Source: Peribolospora baueri
Lineage: Eukaryota
Direction of reading: 5' to 3'
Length of the DNA stretch: 64,000 nt
Assembly: GCA_029717555.1 (NCBI GenBank)
Contig: JAMDHS010000029.1
Span: 62,001-126,000 of the forward strand
Shown here piece by piece: positions 35,783 to 48,869 of this stretch. The notes below the pieces were generated by a model that was given only the letters and a program-made list of their open reading frames with translations, ran no database searches and had not been told where the DNA came from. How positions within the stretch are numbered: position 1 is the first letter of the stretch; each line of letters starts with the position of its first letter. The position numbers and the translations under genes were made by a program.

Positions 35783-37231
35783 TCAAAACCGCTGCCTCTG
35801 TCTAGCAGCCACCGTCTTGAGACCGGCGTAGACCTTGCCGGGCGGAGAGCCGAGGATGAGGGAGACGATGGCGTCCCGGGCGATCTTGATGTTTTGGAAA
35901 GAGCCTAGGATGTGGATCTTACTGCTCGTTACATCACCGAATGCATGGGCGTCGTCAAGGCGCGGTGGGAGCGAGGAATAGGACGGCATGGGTTTACGCT
36001 CAAAACGCCGTTGGACGGTACGTCTACGCCGCGCCTTTGAAAGGGAGGGAGAAAACTTACGTATCGGCCAACACGATCCTTGTCCGGCTTGCGTTCTCGA
36101 TCGCAAATCTAGTCTTCCCTCCCTGACCAGCGATGCGCCCTAACAGGCCGAAGTGGAAAAAGCGCCATGCCGCGCGGATGTCAGCCGAGTGGGTTGGCGA
36201 CAACATGAACCGCGCATCGGTAGCTCGGAGAGAAAGTACGCACCAATAGCGCGAGAAAGATGGTCGCCGTGCAAAGTCTTGACGTCCTTGATCTCAAAAG
36301 TGTCGATGAACAAGTCATCCATACGCAGTAGTGCAATGGCGTCCTGATAAACGTGAAGAGAAACGAAAAGAGATTAGAAGTTGGTCGGGACCTCCATCGA
36401 AGACAGAAAATGACAAAGGTGCATCTGTTAAGCGTCCCTAAAGGGCACTCACATCGGCCTCGAAGCCGAGGGCATAAGCCTTTACAAAGTCAGCTCCTTT
36501 TTGAAGAGCTCCGACATCTTCAGTGTGCTTTGACGACTGCCGGCCGCGACGCAGAGGGACGAGAAAGGATATGAAATTAAGACGTCAGTCATTCGTCTTC
36601 ACTTACAGGCCGCATCTGAACAGGGCCAAGTGGAGCCTCCCTTCGATCGTCAGCTTACCCGAATTTCCACAGCCCTCTTCATAACGTTCATCCTGACCTG
36701 CAACCCAGTCATCTCGACCAAGGGTCCGTAAATCTTGATCCAGTCCCTCTTCAGCGGGGTCATCCTGTGCGGGGGGATGGCCACCTTCCGTACCTGGGCC
36801 TTGGATCCTCCCGCGCCGGCTCCCTTCGTTCGGGCCTCCTCAATCTGCTTGGCAGTTAGTGGGGCGAAGTTGGGTCGCATGGAGGGGTCCAGTTCCATTT
36901 TCGCGTCACCGTCATCTCCTCGCGGAGGCGCTGGAGAGCGGTTCTTTCCCGGGCTGGCGTTGGATGATGAGGAGGCTTGGTGCGAAGAGGAAGAGGCGGT
37001 GAAAGCGGAAGGGTCGATGACAACGTCCTCGTCGGCGGACATGTAATCGCTCGCCACATCGTCGTCCTCCTCGTCAAGCCCCAATCGCTCATCTGCCACG
37101 TCTTCCCCCGCCGAATCCCATCCTGGCGTCTTGTGGGGCGAAGTAGCGACGGTGGAATGCCTGGTGGAGGCGGAGGTGGAGGACTTGCCCTTGCCTTTGG
37201 TGTCGGTGGTCGATTTGCTTATGGGCGCCAT
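35783..37231 (-). CDS. PNO1: Pre-rRNA-processing KH-domain protein Pno1/Dim2, multi-exon
   Basis: [82 protein letters not shown]. Confidence 0.96.
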
Positions 37232-37578
37232 GTGGGACGGTCGAAACGAGAATGGGGAGAGGAACCGGGAAGATATAAAATCAAGAGGCCAGGATTATCA
37301 GAAGCGGAGTGTGGTGTTGGCCTTCGCACTTGTCCCAAACGCTCCTCGTCGTCGAAGGTGATTGCAGAAACTATGCAACACATCGCCGCCCATTTTCCTG
37401 CCGTTCGTGTTCTCTCGCTGACCGCAGCCGCGAAATACTGCGGCAAATGATGTGAAGGAGGGTGATGCTAATAAAACGTACCAAAGTCGCCATGGAGCTG
37501 TAGATTGTCAACAGTATTCCATCTAGATTACAATTCACGAGCATTCATTGCGCCGGGTTCTCTACCCCCATGCTCCGC

Positions 37579-39694
37579 TCATGACCTCGTCTGCGCGTCC
37601 TCTTCCATCTGAGCCCTCCCAAGCTCTTCCAACTCCTCGAGGGCCCAGCCCACGCTGGCTTTGTCCATCTCTACAGACCTCAATTCGGACGCTAACGAAA
37701 GAAGGATCTCGTTGCTGTGATGGGGAGGAGGAAATCAAAGGGTGAGATGGGGTGGATTTAAGACTGAGGCGAAAGCTGCAAAAGGGAGCACCCACCGTCC
37801 TTGACGCTGGATCCAGACGATGAGGTCGTCCACCCAGATTCTCGCGTACACCCAGTACGCCTCGCTCAGGTCCAGTAACCGTTTGGTGCATAGGAGAGCC
37901 TTGACGACCGCCCTTATGCCTCCCTCGCACACGTCCGCCACATCCTGCCTGACTCGCTCACAGAGTCCCCAATGTCGGTAAAGAGGAAAGGCCAAAGCAC
38001 GACGATAGCTCGCTCGTAGCGTGCTCCTGACATCGTTCACAGACACCGGCGCGTCGGGATGGGGAGGCGCGGAAGAGGGAGAGACAGAGCAAGGAGGGGA
38101 AAGGGCAGCAAAAAGACGAGTGAGCTTGGAGACCGTCCAGGCTGACTCGACAGTCGGGTCTCCTAGCGTTGTTCGCGCGTCGTAGAGAGTAGAAAATAGG
38201 ATGGAGACGAGGGTCAGGTAGAGTGCTCGTTGATCTGTGATGAGGTCTGTGAAAACGAATGCAGAAAGAGGTCAGAGTTCAACGTCCAGCAAGAGGACTT
38301 GCTGAAGCGGCGTTACAGCGTCGGGCTCACGTTCTGTCCTAGGAAGCTTCAGCAGCGTCTCCTTCTCCGAGTCTGTAAAGTCCAGCTCGGGCGGTAAATT
38401 GCCGCTGGCCGACGACTCGGCGATCTCCTTGCCTTTCCCTTTGAAATGGTTATAAGGGCTCGTCCAAGAGAGTAGAGGCTGGATCTCCTCATCGTTGAAG
38501 GTATTATCCCTAATTGAGACGCGTCGAAGCGATGGAGCACATATTAGTGCAAACAAACGGGGCAGTGTGCTAGCTAAAGGTGCGCAGAACAGGCCTAGCC
38601 CATTGCTCACAGGTAGTACTCCTCATCCCACTTCTCGTCCTCCGCCTCCTCTGCCCTCCTCTCCCTCTCCTCCCACCCCATCTTCTCCGGCTCTTCCAGC
38701 TCGTTAATCTCGTTGCCCCTCTCTCCCTGCTGGAGGTACTGGAAATACCCGCTATGAGATGCGTTGAATCCGTAAGGGATCGAAGTGGAAAGGGATATGG
38801 ATGGACTGGGTGTCGATGGACGTTGAATGGAATCGGAGGGTTCGAGAGTTGCGTTGGAAGGCATGGTTTGCGGTAGTTGCCAATCAAGGGCTTCGGCTGA
38901 ATTGCGGAGGGAGGACCGCAGACCAAGTGCCTCGAGTGTCAGCATTCAGCTAGAATGCTAATGCGGATGCTCTCATCGACCGCCAGCGAACAAACATTCA
39001 CCTTGTTCGAACTCGTTCATACGTCCTTCCCCAGCCTGACCTCCCTCACCCGGTGCTCTCTCTTCGCCGATCACTTCAATGACCGGTTTTCTTAACGGCC
39101 GCTCCTCTGAACCATCATGGCCGGCTGGGCTGCCTTGCAAAGGCTCAGACGCTTTTCGAGGGGCAAGAAGCTTGGAAAGCAAGTCGAGATCTTCAAAGTG
39201 CTGGCCAGGGTTGGCCTTGGTGAGCTTGACGGTCATGAGGCCGCTGGCAATGTCATAATGAGCCGAAGAGGTCTCATCCTCAACGAGTGGATGGGGGAAC
39301 GTAAGCCTGCATGGACATGACGGAGAGAGGTTCAGCGATCAGTCATCTAGTCACCGTCAAGACGAGTTGGTCTGAGCCCTGACCTTAGGAAGTAGGGCGT
39401 GAGGTAAAAATTGAACAGTGTCCCGTCCACAAAAATTTCCACATCTTGCGCCTGTTGTTGAGCAGCAACGTGGACGGAAGGGCGAATGAGGGCGAGTGAA
39501 AGTGAAAGAAGAACAGACGACGACGAAAGCCACAGCTATAACTTTTGGTCAGCTAGGCCTCGCGGGAGCGTGCTGGCCTCAAAGTCGCCTGCACCGCAGA
39601 AAAGAAAAGACTCACCCACCCTGACGTAAGGACATCGGATGACGATGTGGACGTGAGTCTCGTCCTGGGTTGTCGTGAAGGCAGGCGTGATCAT
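37579..39694 (-). CDS. SHQ1: H/ACA snoRNP assembly factor Shq1, multi-exon
   Basis: MITPAFTTTQDETHVHIVIRCPYVR, F.FYLTPYFL, GQHFEDLDLLSKLL, YGFN, EDEKWDEEYYL, TVESAWT, YRRALAFPLYRHWGL, WVDDLIVWIQ. Confidence 0.9.
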
Positions 39695-40273
39695 CAGCGG
39701 GCGTCGTTCGTTTCGTTGGCCTGCAGAGAACAGCCGTCTCCGAGGTCTGGAAGTGTTCCTTCCCAATCGAGAGCTGCGGCGGATGTGTGTGATCGAACCC
39801 ACCTCGTTTGCAAGCGTCCGCACGACGGGAGGTGCGCTTCTTTAAGACTTTGGCCCACGATTTATTACTGTCCACTTCCCATCTGCAGACTGCCCAGCTC
39901 TCCTCGGGCTTACATTAACGACGTGAGAGCGAGCTTCGGAGGAGGACCAAATATAATGGCGTCAAAGTCCGTCTAGCCGTGTACATTCGCGAGCAGATGG
40001 GGCTCTGGCAGTTACGGATGGGAGGACGTGCGCCAGAGAGCGCGTGGTTAAGATAAAAGAAACAGTGCGACCATATGGAGGCCAATGGCATGCAGGTGCG
40101 GAGGTATGCCAAAATAAGGAAGCGAAAATGCGGATAACATAACGAGAAAAAAAGTGTTCAAGGAGAAGAAACGGCGGGAACATGCATGCGCGAAGAGAAG
40201 ACCGGAGACGAAAACGAATAACATGCCGAGAGTAAGGCTAAAAGAACACTTGCAAAACCGGTCTGGTCCATAT

Positions 40274-43200
40274 TTATCGATCGCGCACATGGTCGAATGC
40301 ACAATTGTCCTGAGGCGGAGCGAGGAAAAGGTAGAGGGAAAGGATCGAGTCAGCGTACAGTCCGCTATGCAACAGAACCGTCGAAAGCCTCGCACTCACC
40401 CCCTTCCAGCAGCTATGAGAGGGAAATACACGGGATAGGAAAGAAGGGCGGACGCGGTGAGCAAAGATCGCACGCGACACGGTGCCCTAACGGCGCGCGA
40501 GCCGAACCAGGCTGTAAGAAAGAGCGAGGCTAAGCTTACCCATCCGGGCCATTGTAAAACTTGCAAGGTATCCTCCCTCTCCCACCAGACCTTCCTCCGC
40601 CCCACCCTGTAGGGCCCCTCCGTTCCAAAGGAACGTCTTTCCCGTTCATGCCGCTTCCGCCGCGTGCACCCCGCCCCGCCCGACCGTGCCCTCCTTCTGC
40701 CCGGTCCGGCCCACCACCGTACCCATGTCCGTATCCTCCGCCGTCCACGCCATAGCCTCTGAGACCAGCGTCTGCGCTTGTCCAAGGTTCTCGAGAGGAA
40801 GAAGAAGCGGTCAAGTCAACCGGTTTCGGAAAGGCAGGTGTCCCCGGGGTCCCATAGGGCAGGTTCTCGCGGACGGCGGCTCCATTGTATGAGTTCGAAC
40901 TCGCTTGCGGGTGTCTCCACGCTGGCGGCTGCTGCAGCGCGTCGACTTCCCAAGCCGGCGCAGGCGCAGGCGCCGAAGCAGGGGCTTGCACACTCGCTCC
41001 GCCGTTCGCGACCAAAAGGCCCTGGATGGAGGCAAAGTCGATGCCGAGGCTCTCGAGCGTCTGCCGCTGTTGCTGCTGTTGCTGTTGCTGCAGTAAAGCG
41101 GAAGCTCCTAGAGTATGTAAAATCTGCACAGCATTCTCGTCCGGGAAGGGCTCGACCTGCGATCCGAGGGTCATGATCTTGCACTCCTCGGGCAAATCAC
41201 GACTCGCTGTCTGGTCCTGCGCCGCCTTGATGGTCAACTCGGCGGGCGAGTCTGGCATTTGCGTGCTGTCGAAGTAAGTCGCACCCAAGGAGGTGCGCTC
41301 GCGCTCTTCCTGCGCTTTCGCCTCGGGAGTGATGACCGGCGCATGCTCGAGCAAGGGGGCGCCGGAAGCTGACGCACGGAAAATCATGCCAAGACAAATA
41401 TTGCGGGACGGATTAACGTGCACGAAGCGAGCAAGCGAAAGGTAAACTTGGCCGCCATATGCGAACTCACCTACGGGCAGTGGCTCGTACCAGTCGATCT
41501 GCTCGAAGAGTCTGTCGGCGTTGAAGCCTTTGTGGGCCAGCGCTTCGTTCCTGTCCAATTGGTCAAGCGAAGCCAAGTGCTACACATGAAGAAGGAAAAG
41601 TGACAAACGCGTGGCGTGGCGTATCTTAAGCATAACACGTCAAGAGTGCAAAGTAGGCACGAAGGGTTGATGGGAAGACGATCACTCACATCGACCTCTT
41701 CTTCCGGAACATGGTGGATGAGCCGCACCGAAACGAGCTCGTCGTCTGGCTTCCACTGGATGGATTTTTTCACTTTCCCCTTCCCCTTGTCTTTGTCCGT
41801 TGCAGCCTCCAAAGTCGGCGCGCCGGGCGTTGATGTAGATGAGGCAGCGGTGGCGGCAAAGCGCTTCTCGTCGAGGTTTCCGTACGTGCCTTTCCGTATA
41901 CTCTTCATCGCCTCTTTGAAGGGATCAAAGGATGAGGCCGCAGAGGCGGTGCCAACAGGGGGTGCTGACGACGTCGGCGATTTCTTTGCGGTTGATGGCG
42001 CCCGAGAGCTGGAAGAGCTCAAGGGTTTACGAGTCACCGACAACGAGGAAGGCTCGCTACGCCCGCTGTTACTGAAGAAGGGGCTGCTGGAGGAGGAAGT
42101 GGGTGACAAAATTGGCTTTTGTGTCGTTGACTTGACTTTGGGTATCGGGGGTAGGGAGCGTAGTGTGGCGGCGGTGGTGGAGGATGGAAGGAACGGTGAG
42201 CGCGCCTTCTGCTTTTCTGTGGTGTCTTCGCCAACCTTTCGACGCTTTGCCCCCGCCACTGGATCTAGTGACCAGAAGAGGCATCAGACAGGGAAACAGA
42301 ATATAAGCGTTAGGTCAGACATGTCCGCTTTCTGCTCGCTTTACAAGATCGACAGCGTCCGCTGTGCCCACCATTTTCCCTCGTAGCTTGTTTCTCCGCC
42401 TTTGCTTTTTGCTTGGCCGCCAGATTCGATCTGGAAGGCTGAGAGACGGACGGAGGGGCGGACGGAGGGGCGGATAGAGGGGCGAAAGAAGGGGCGGAAG
42501 GAGAGGCGGAAGAAGGGGCGGAAGAAGGGACTGAAGAACGGACGGAGGGAGGGGCAGAAGGAGAGGCGTTCAAGAAAATGACCTCGTCCTCTCCTTCAGC
42601 ATCTTCCGACGAGTCCGAAGGCGGCGTCGGCATGGGCCTCTTGGCCTTCTTCGCGATCGTGATAGCGGGCCCTCCTGAGGCGTCTCGGTGCTCGGCTATC
42701 GATGCGCTCCTCTTCCTCGCCATCTGCGGAGGTTTGTTGAGGTTAGCCAGACGGGCGAGTGGGCTGTCGGACAGCGCTGGGACCGGCGCGGAGTCGAAGC
42801 CCGTTCTGGATGTCTTCGAGATGTTCTTGGGCGGACCCGGGGAAGGCTCAGGCTCATGGCCGGCTGTAGAGGGGCACATGAGGTATGTAGAGGATAGGAA
42901 AAGAGAGGCGGCAGATAGTCAGCCATCATCACTAGCTTTGACGAACTTCGTGAGCCCATCGTCGACACCGCCTAGTTGATTTTCTTCGCCTTGGCCTCGT
43001 CGAAGGACGTCTTCGTTGGAGCAAGGCTGACCGAGGCGAGGCGCAAGGCAAACGACGCGGGTGCTTCCCTGCCATATCTCGTGGCGCATATACTCACCAC
43101 CTTCGACCTTGATCTCGCCTTTCTTCTGGACCACAGCGGGCACAAAGTGCGCCTGACCATGTCCAGACTTCATGTTCTGGCCGTCGGCGCCCAAACTGCA

Positions 43201-43311
43201 CGCCTCGGAGCCAATCTGAAGGGCGGCAAGCGTCGCGTCGACGGCGACGCCATTGGGGTCTGAGGACCCTCGCGAAGACGACGCTGAGCCGGATGACATC
43301 GCCATGCTCAT
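40274..43311 (-). CDS. PNUTS/Ppn1-like PP1-targeting protein with C-terminal CCCH zinc finger, multi-exon
   Basis: KVKKSIQWKPDDELVSVRLI (RVxF/W-type PP1 motif plus downstream hydrophobic motif), EQIDWYEP, EAKAQEERERTSLGATYF...PDSPAE, G/R-rich tail, spliced CKFYNGPDGCWKGDNCAFDH (C-x8-C-x5-C-x3-H). The 5' end is uncertain. Confidence 0.7.
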
Positions 43312-44475
43312 CGCGGGGACGATCTGCGCGGCCAAGGCGATGTTCGCTCGAGCGCTGTATGCGGGTATGTAGGGGGGGCGCAGGTAGGTACAGGAAGACG
43401 GAATACAGGGCAAGGGGCCGTGGAGAGGGTGGACGATATCAGGATATGACCTCAACTTCGGTGCGCCAGAGGGTGCCTGACTCGCTCTCTCGATCAAGCG
43501 AAGGCAGGTGTGGTCTTTTCTCTCAGTTTTTTTTCTGATGCCCGACAAAAGGAAAGCCGTTGGCGCGTGGAAATGGATCGATGGCGGATGGACGAGCGGT
43601 CGCGATGGATGTCTGGGGGGTGAGTGTCGATACTTCGGGTGGTGGCGCCGCATCCACCCATCCATCCATCCAAGTCCTCGCTCGGCCGGGACGGCGGGGG
43701 CTGTCTAGCGGTGATGCAAGACGGAAAGCGAGAGATCTACGTCGAGAGAGGTCGGCGATGACGACGGCGACGTACAGTGCAGCGCGGTGAGAGGGGATGA
43801 TGATGGTGGTGGAGACGACGCAAGCCGGGTCGGCAATGCGAGCCGGGCGGGGCAGAGAAGACGGGGACGAGGCAAGGCGACAAGGACGGAAGGGCGTCGG
43901 GCGGAGATGTGCGGCGTTTAGGAGCACGTGACGTGCGCGAGCCGCCGTGTTTAGGCTCCTGTGGATCCGTTCCAACTGACCGCCGCCCGTTCGCCCGTCC
44001 GTCGTGTGCCCGTCTCGTCCTGCCTCCGCCCACGCCAGCCAGCCCAGCTTGCCAGCTTGCCAGCCAGCCAGCCAGCCCCTTCGCCTGTGCGTCGTCCATC
44101 GCCGTCTCTCCATCCCTCAACGCACACATCCGACCACTTCCACGTCGTCGGCCTGCACACACGGGATCGGCCTCAAGAGGCGGCATCGCACACGGCGTCG
44201 TGTATCGTACCCACAACCGGGACGCATATACACTGCTCGGCTAGGCGACGACGGACGGGTGCCATCGTTCTACGCTCCAAGCCGTCGACGGTCGGCTCAG
44301 TTGCAGCGTGTCGGTGCGGGCGGAGGCCATTCGCACGGTCCATCCATCCCGCTCTCCCTTTCTCCACCGCTTTTGCTGGAGCTCTTGACCTGTTGGTCGC
44401 TCGGCTGACCTTCTCGTCCACCTGCTTCAAGTTCCGGATAGGAGTCCGCGTCTTTAAGAACGGGCAGTCACGACT

Positions 44476-47400
44476 ATGGCAATGACGGCCTCCGTCTCTT
44501 CCATGTCGTCGGCCGGCTCGGCTTCCGTCGTCGACACCTTCCTTCGCGGAGGAGGAGTGGACCGCTCGGGGCAGAGCACCTCCGGAGTCGGCGGGTCTCT
44601 GTCCGTCTCGTCGACGGCGGGCGTGTCCGTTTCCAAGGCGCCGTCCAAGGTCGAACCTCTTTTGGGGCCCATCCCCTTTTCGGACCGACTTCGTTTTGCT
44701 GTCTTTCCTCAGCCTTCTCCCCGACCTTCTAATCTCAACGCTTCCTCGCGTGGCAAATCCACGTCGAAGTCGGCGGGTAAGCCCGAGAGGCGCACGGTTT
44801 CAACGGTTCGACAACCGAAGAAGGATGTCACGTCCGCAGAGCGCACAGACGGTGGGGACGTCGCCGAACCGGAGAAGCTGTTCTGGTTCACCGTCGACGA
44901 GGACCTGGTGTACCTCAGCTTCTTCGGTGACTGGGGACCGTTGAACTGCGCTCAGTTCTACAGGTTCTGCATACACGTCCATCAAATGTTGATGGTGGGT
45001 GGCGCAGGTTATCGTCATCACCGGACCATGCATTCGACCTTTGTCGACAATGGGTTTCGGTCGCTTGTCACCGCCACTGTTGTTACTGGGACTGACATGC
45101 GGACCGTTCCATTTTATATGTTCTCTGCCCCTGCATTCATTGTCTCCGACCCCACACCCTAGGACGACTCGCTCCAAGAGCACGTTCTTGTCCTTTACAC
45201 CGAGGATGACCCGGCCAAGAAGGCCAACGCTGCGCTTCTCATAGCTCTCTATGTTGTGCGTATGCGAGTTTTCTAGCAGTCTACGTCCAACCTACTGATT
45301 CCAACGACACCCGTGTTGGCGTGCTTCATCTTTTGCAGATGATCATCGACAAGAAGAGCCCCGCAGACGCCTTCCAGCCGCTTGCCGAGGTAAGCCTTGA
45401 TGCGCCTGTGCTGTCGAACTCGTGCACATGACCAGACCACTCATTCTATGTGATTTGCATCGTTCCTTTGGCCTTAATAGATTGAGTTCGTCCCATTCCG
45501 AGACGCCGGTTACGGGGTGGCGTCGTACCATTTGTCCATCCAGGTGCGTCCGGGGAGACCACTCGACCCTGTGTTGCCCTGTCGGAGGCTCACAGGCTTC
45601 TTTTTCATCTAGGATATTCTCTACGGCATGCACCGAGCCATCTCCCTGTCCCTGCTCGACCTCTCCACGTTTGACCTGGACGAGTACGAATACTTCGAGC
45701 AGGTCGCCAATGGTGACTGGAACTGGATTACCCCAAACTTCATTGCCTTTGCCTCTCCCTCAGACCGAAACTGGTTGCTCAGCCAGCGGGCGGGGGAGGC
45801 CGGCAAGAAGGCCGGAGGGACGTCTGGTGCCCTGGACAGGCCCCTGCCTATCACGTTCCAGAACACGGTTAGCTGTTTCAAGGAGCGAGGCGTGAAGATG
45901 GTCGTCCGTCTCAACAATCCCCTGTACGACCGAACTGTGTTCGAAGCTGCCGGCATAGAGCACCTGGTAAGTTGCGCAAAGCTTTTTAGCGGACCTCCTT
46001 CGTCTAGTCCGGCAACTGATATCACGCTTCATTGAACGTTCTGAACGTTCATTCGACTGTTAGGACATGTACTTTGACGACGGGAGCAACCCCAGCGAAC
46101 ACATCGTACGCGAGTTCATTCGACGCGTTGACGACGTCGTGGAAAGTGGCGGTGAGCGAGGCCTTCTGCATGGGGCCGCTCGTCCCATGATCCTGAGTGT
46201 CTCGTGCTTCACTACCTAGGACACTGACGCTTTATGCTCATCTGACGTGTCTTGCCTGCTTACAGGCGTTATCGCCGTACACTGCAAGGCCGGTCTTGGT
46301 CGAACCGGTGTGCTGATCGGGGCCTATCTTATCTGGAAGCATGGCTTCACAGCCTCGGAGGTCATCGGCTTTATGCGAATCATGCGACCAGGCTGCGTCG
46401 TCGGCCCTCAGCAGCACTTCATGTATCAGAGCATGGTGAGTGGACATGGGAGTCGGACTACATGTGCTCTCACTTAAACCATTTCACCCTCTTCCTCTCT
46501 TTCCCTTCGTCTTCACACAGATGACATGGGTGCAGTGGGGTGCTGAGCACCGCGCTATGAAGGCTGCAAAGGAGGCGGCGGCGGCAGCGGCCGTCGCAGC
46601 ATCCGTGTCTTCGCCTTTGGCTCCTCGGTCCAAGCGGCCAATCACGCCGCCGGATGAGGAGAACACGCCAGCGATGCTCCCGGTAACTCCACCGAGGGAA
46701 ACAAAGGTGCCGCGGGCGGGATCTCGCGAACCAGCTTCGTTCACGGCGGCCACCCCTCCTGCTGTCAAGCCGACGCCGGTGGTCGGTCAGCCGAGGAAGA
46801 GCCCGAGCCCGAACCCGGCGCGAAGGATGGCGTTGGCGGAGGCCAAGCTCGGCAATCTGTCTAACATGGGCACCATGACAGTGGATCGGTCGCACCTTCG
46901 TCACCAGAGGATGAAGAGCGCTCACGTCCTGATCAGCGGTCCCAAGGGTTTTCCTTCCACCGGTGCGCCGACCGCATCCGATCGCCTCCTGGTCGAGGAA
47001 CAGGAGGAGGAGGACAGCGATTTCGAAGGCTTCATGGACGTCGACCTTGAGCGCGTCCCGATGTCGACTACTCCCACCAACCTGCCCACCAGTGTGCGAA
47101 GGTTTGATCTGCGACGAGCAGCTTCGCCATCGGACTCTGCGGAAGCGAACAAAAGCGACGACAGCATCGACGAGCTGGCAATGGACCGCCAAGAGATGCC
47201 GCTCTCCGCTTCACCCGTCCGGCGTCAGGGTCGGGTGCCCTCCAATGGCAGCACAAGCCGACTGCCCACCCTCGTGAGAGCTGACACCGGCAAGCGCGCC
47301 GAGGATACTCCTTCACCGAAACCGGACGATGATGTGGACGTCAAATCGTCTTCCGTGCGGCGGCCGACGTCGCGCACCACGGCTCCTGCTCTGGCACACG

Positions 47401-47804
47401 CTCGGTCTCTACTGAACCGCACGGCCAAAGTGGGCGCCGGCGATGCGAGAGGCAGCGTCGGTGCCATTCGGTCCTCCAGCCGAATCGCTGCCGCCTCCGC
47501 TTCTTCAACCCTGTCGGCCGCCGGTCTGAGTCGCACGAGAGGCGCGGCCAACCCAGGCGTGTCGTCGGTGGTGAGGGCTTCTCGCGCGACCGGAGCGCGG
47601 CCTGTGAGCATGGTGCGTGAGTCGAAGGAGGTGATTGAGGACAAGGGCAAGGATGCCAGAACGGTGCCGAGGTCGCTGCTCCGACCAGCCGCCGTCGGCA
47701 GCCGGGGACGAGCCGTGCCGGCATCAGCAGTAGATGGTCGTGGACCGCGCAGGACTTTGAGGCGACGAAGGAGTAGCCTAGGCGAGGCGGACGTCTGCGT
47801 TTGA
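44476..47804 (+). CDS. CDC14: Dual-specificity protein phosphatase Cdc14, multi-exon
   Basis: [86 protein letters not shown], active site [24 protein letters not shown]. Confidence 0.96.
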
Positions 47805-48869
47805 TGGTCCGTCTCTCCCCCGCCCACCCCAGCCTCGTTTCAACATCCTTGTCCGCCATCGCCCTGCGTCCGATCGCTCTGGCGCATTGCTCGCGATACC
47901 CGCGATATCCTTTCCATTTTCCGCACTTCTTCCGTTTAGTCCTTTGAACTGCGTTTTCTTTCTCGCTCTACGCATCGCTCTATCGCTTTGCCTCTTATCC
48001 GATTCCATTTATCAGTTTTTGACGCAGAAGCTGCAGGCGCCCATCGCATCTTGCCTTGCAGCGGACGTCCCAGCACACTCCCTAACCAGAAAAAAAGTTT
48101 CTTTTTCATTTTTCGGCTTTGTTCTCTCTCATCCCTGCTTCTTTTTTTTCCCTCTCCCCTTTCGAGCTTTGTCGACGGGCCATTTACCCTTCAAGACAGA
48201 CGGAGGCGGCCCGGAGACGGGGCGACATAGTTATTTTTCTCTTCCCCATATGGCATTCCCCGACCCGCTTCTTTTCATCCTCTTTTTTTTTTTCCCTTTC
48301 TCTTGCGCTCTGATCGTGGTTCGTCGCTACTGTTCCGTCGATCGGACCGTGATCATTGTCTGATGACAAGCATGAACACATATGTCGTGGCTGCGGGCAT
48401 ATCGCGCGTGCGCCGAGCGTGAAGGACCGGTTATGGAGGCCCGCTCTTGCGAGGCAGTTCCAGGACCCTACACCACTGCGAGTAAGCTAGAGGACGTTGA
48501 CGATCATTTCTTCATCCGGCCCGAAACGCTTTAAGCCACCGACGGGTATCTAAACCTCGGGAGAGTGGAGCCCTATTCTACACCATTAGGTTTATTGATG
48601 AGGGATACGAAAAGATACACCCTGGGAGTGTCGACCACGCAAGACAAGCTTAGGGCTGAAAGGGGACGGACGATCTGTATGCTCACACCAGTTCTCGCTC
48701 TCCCAGCCAGACTCGGACCTCGCGGCTCGACCACCTCCGCGAGCTACGAATCATGTCACACAGGGCGACGAGCACGGGTGGCGGCGGAGCTGGAACCGAG
48801 GTTCGAGGAGACGGCAGGACCGGAGCGGCGGAAACGGAACGAGTGACACCAGTCGGCCCTGCAACAGCG

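Noticed and set aside
35783..39694. PNO1 and SHQ1 adjacent as a ribosome-biogenesis cluster
   Set aside because: Only two genes from a very large functional class and no shared motif seen; compatible with chance.
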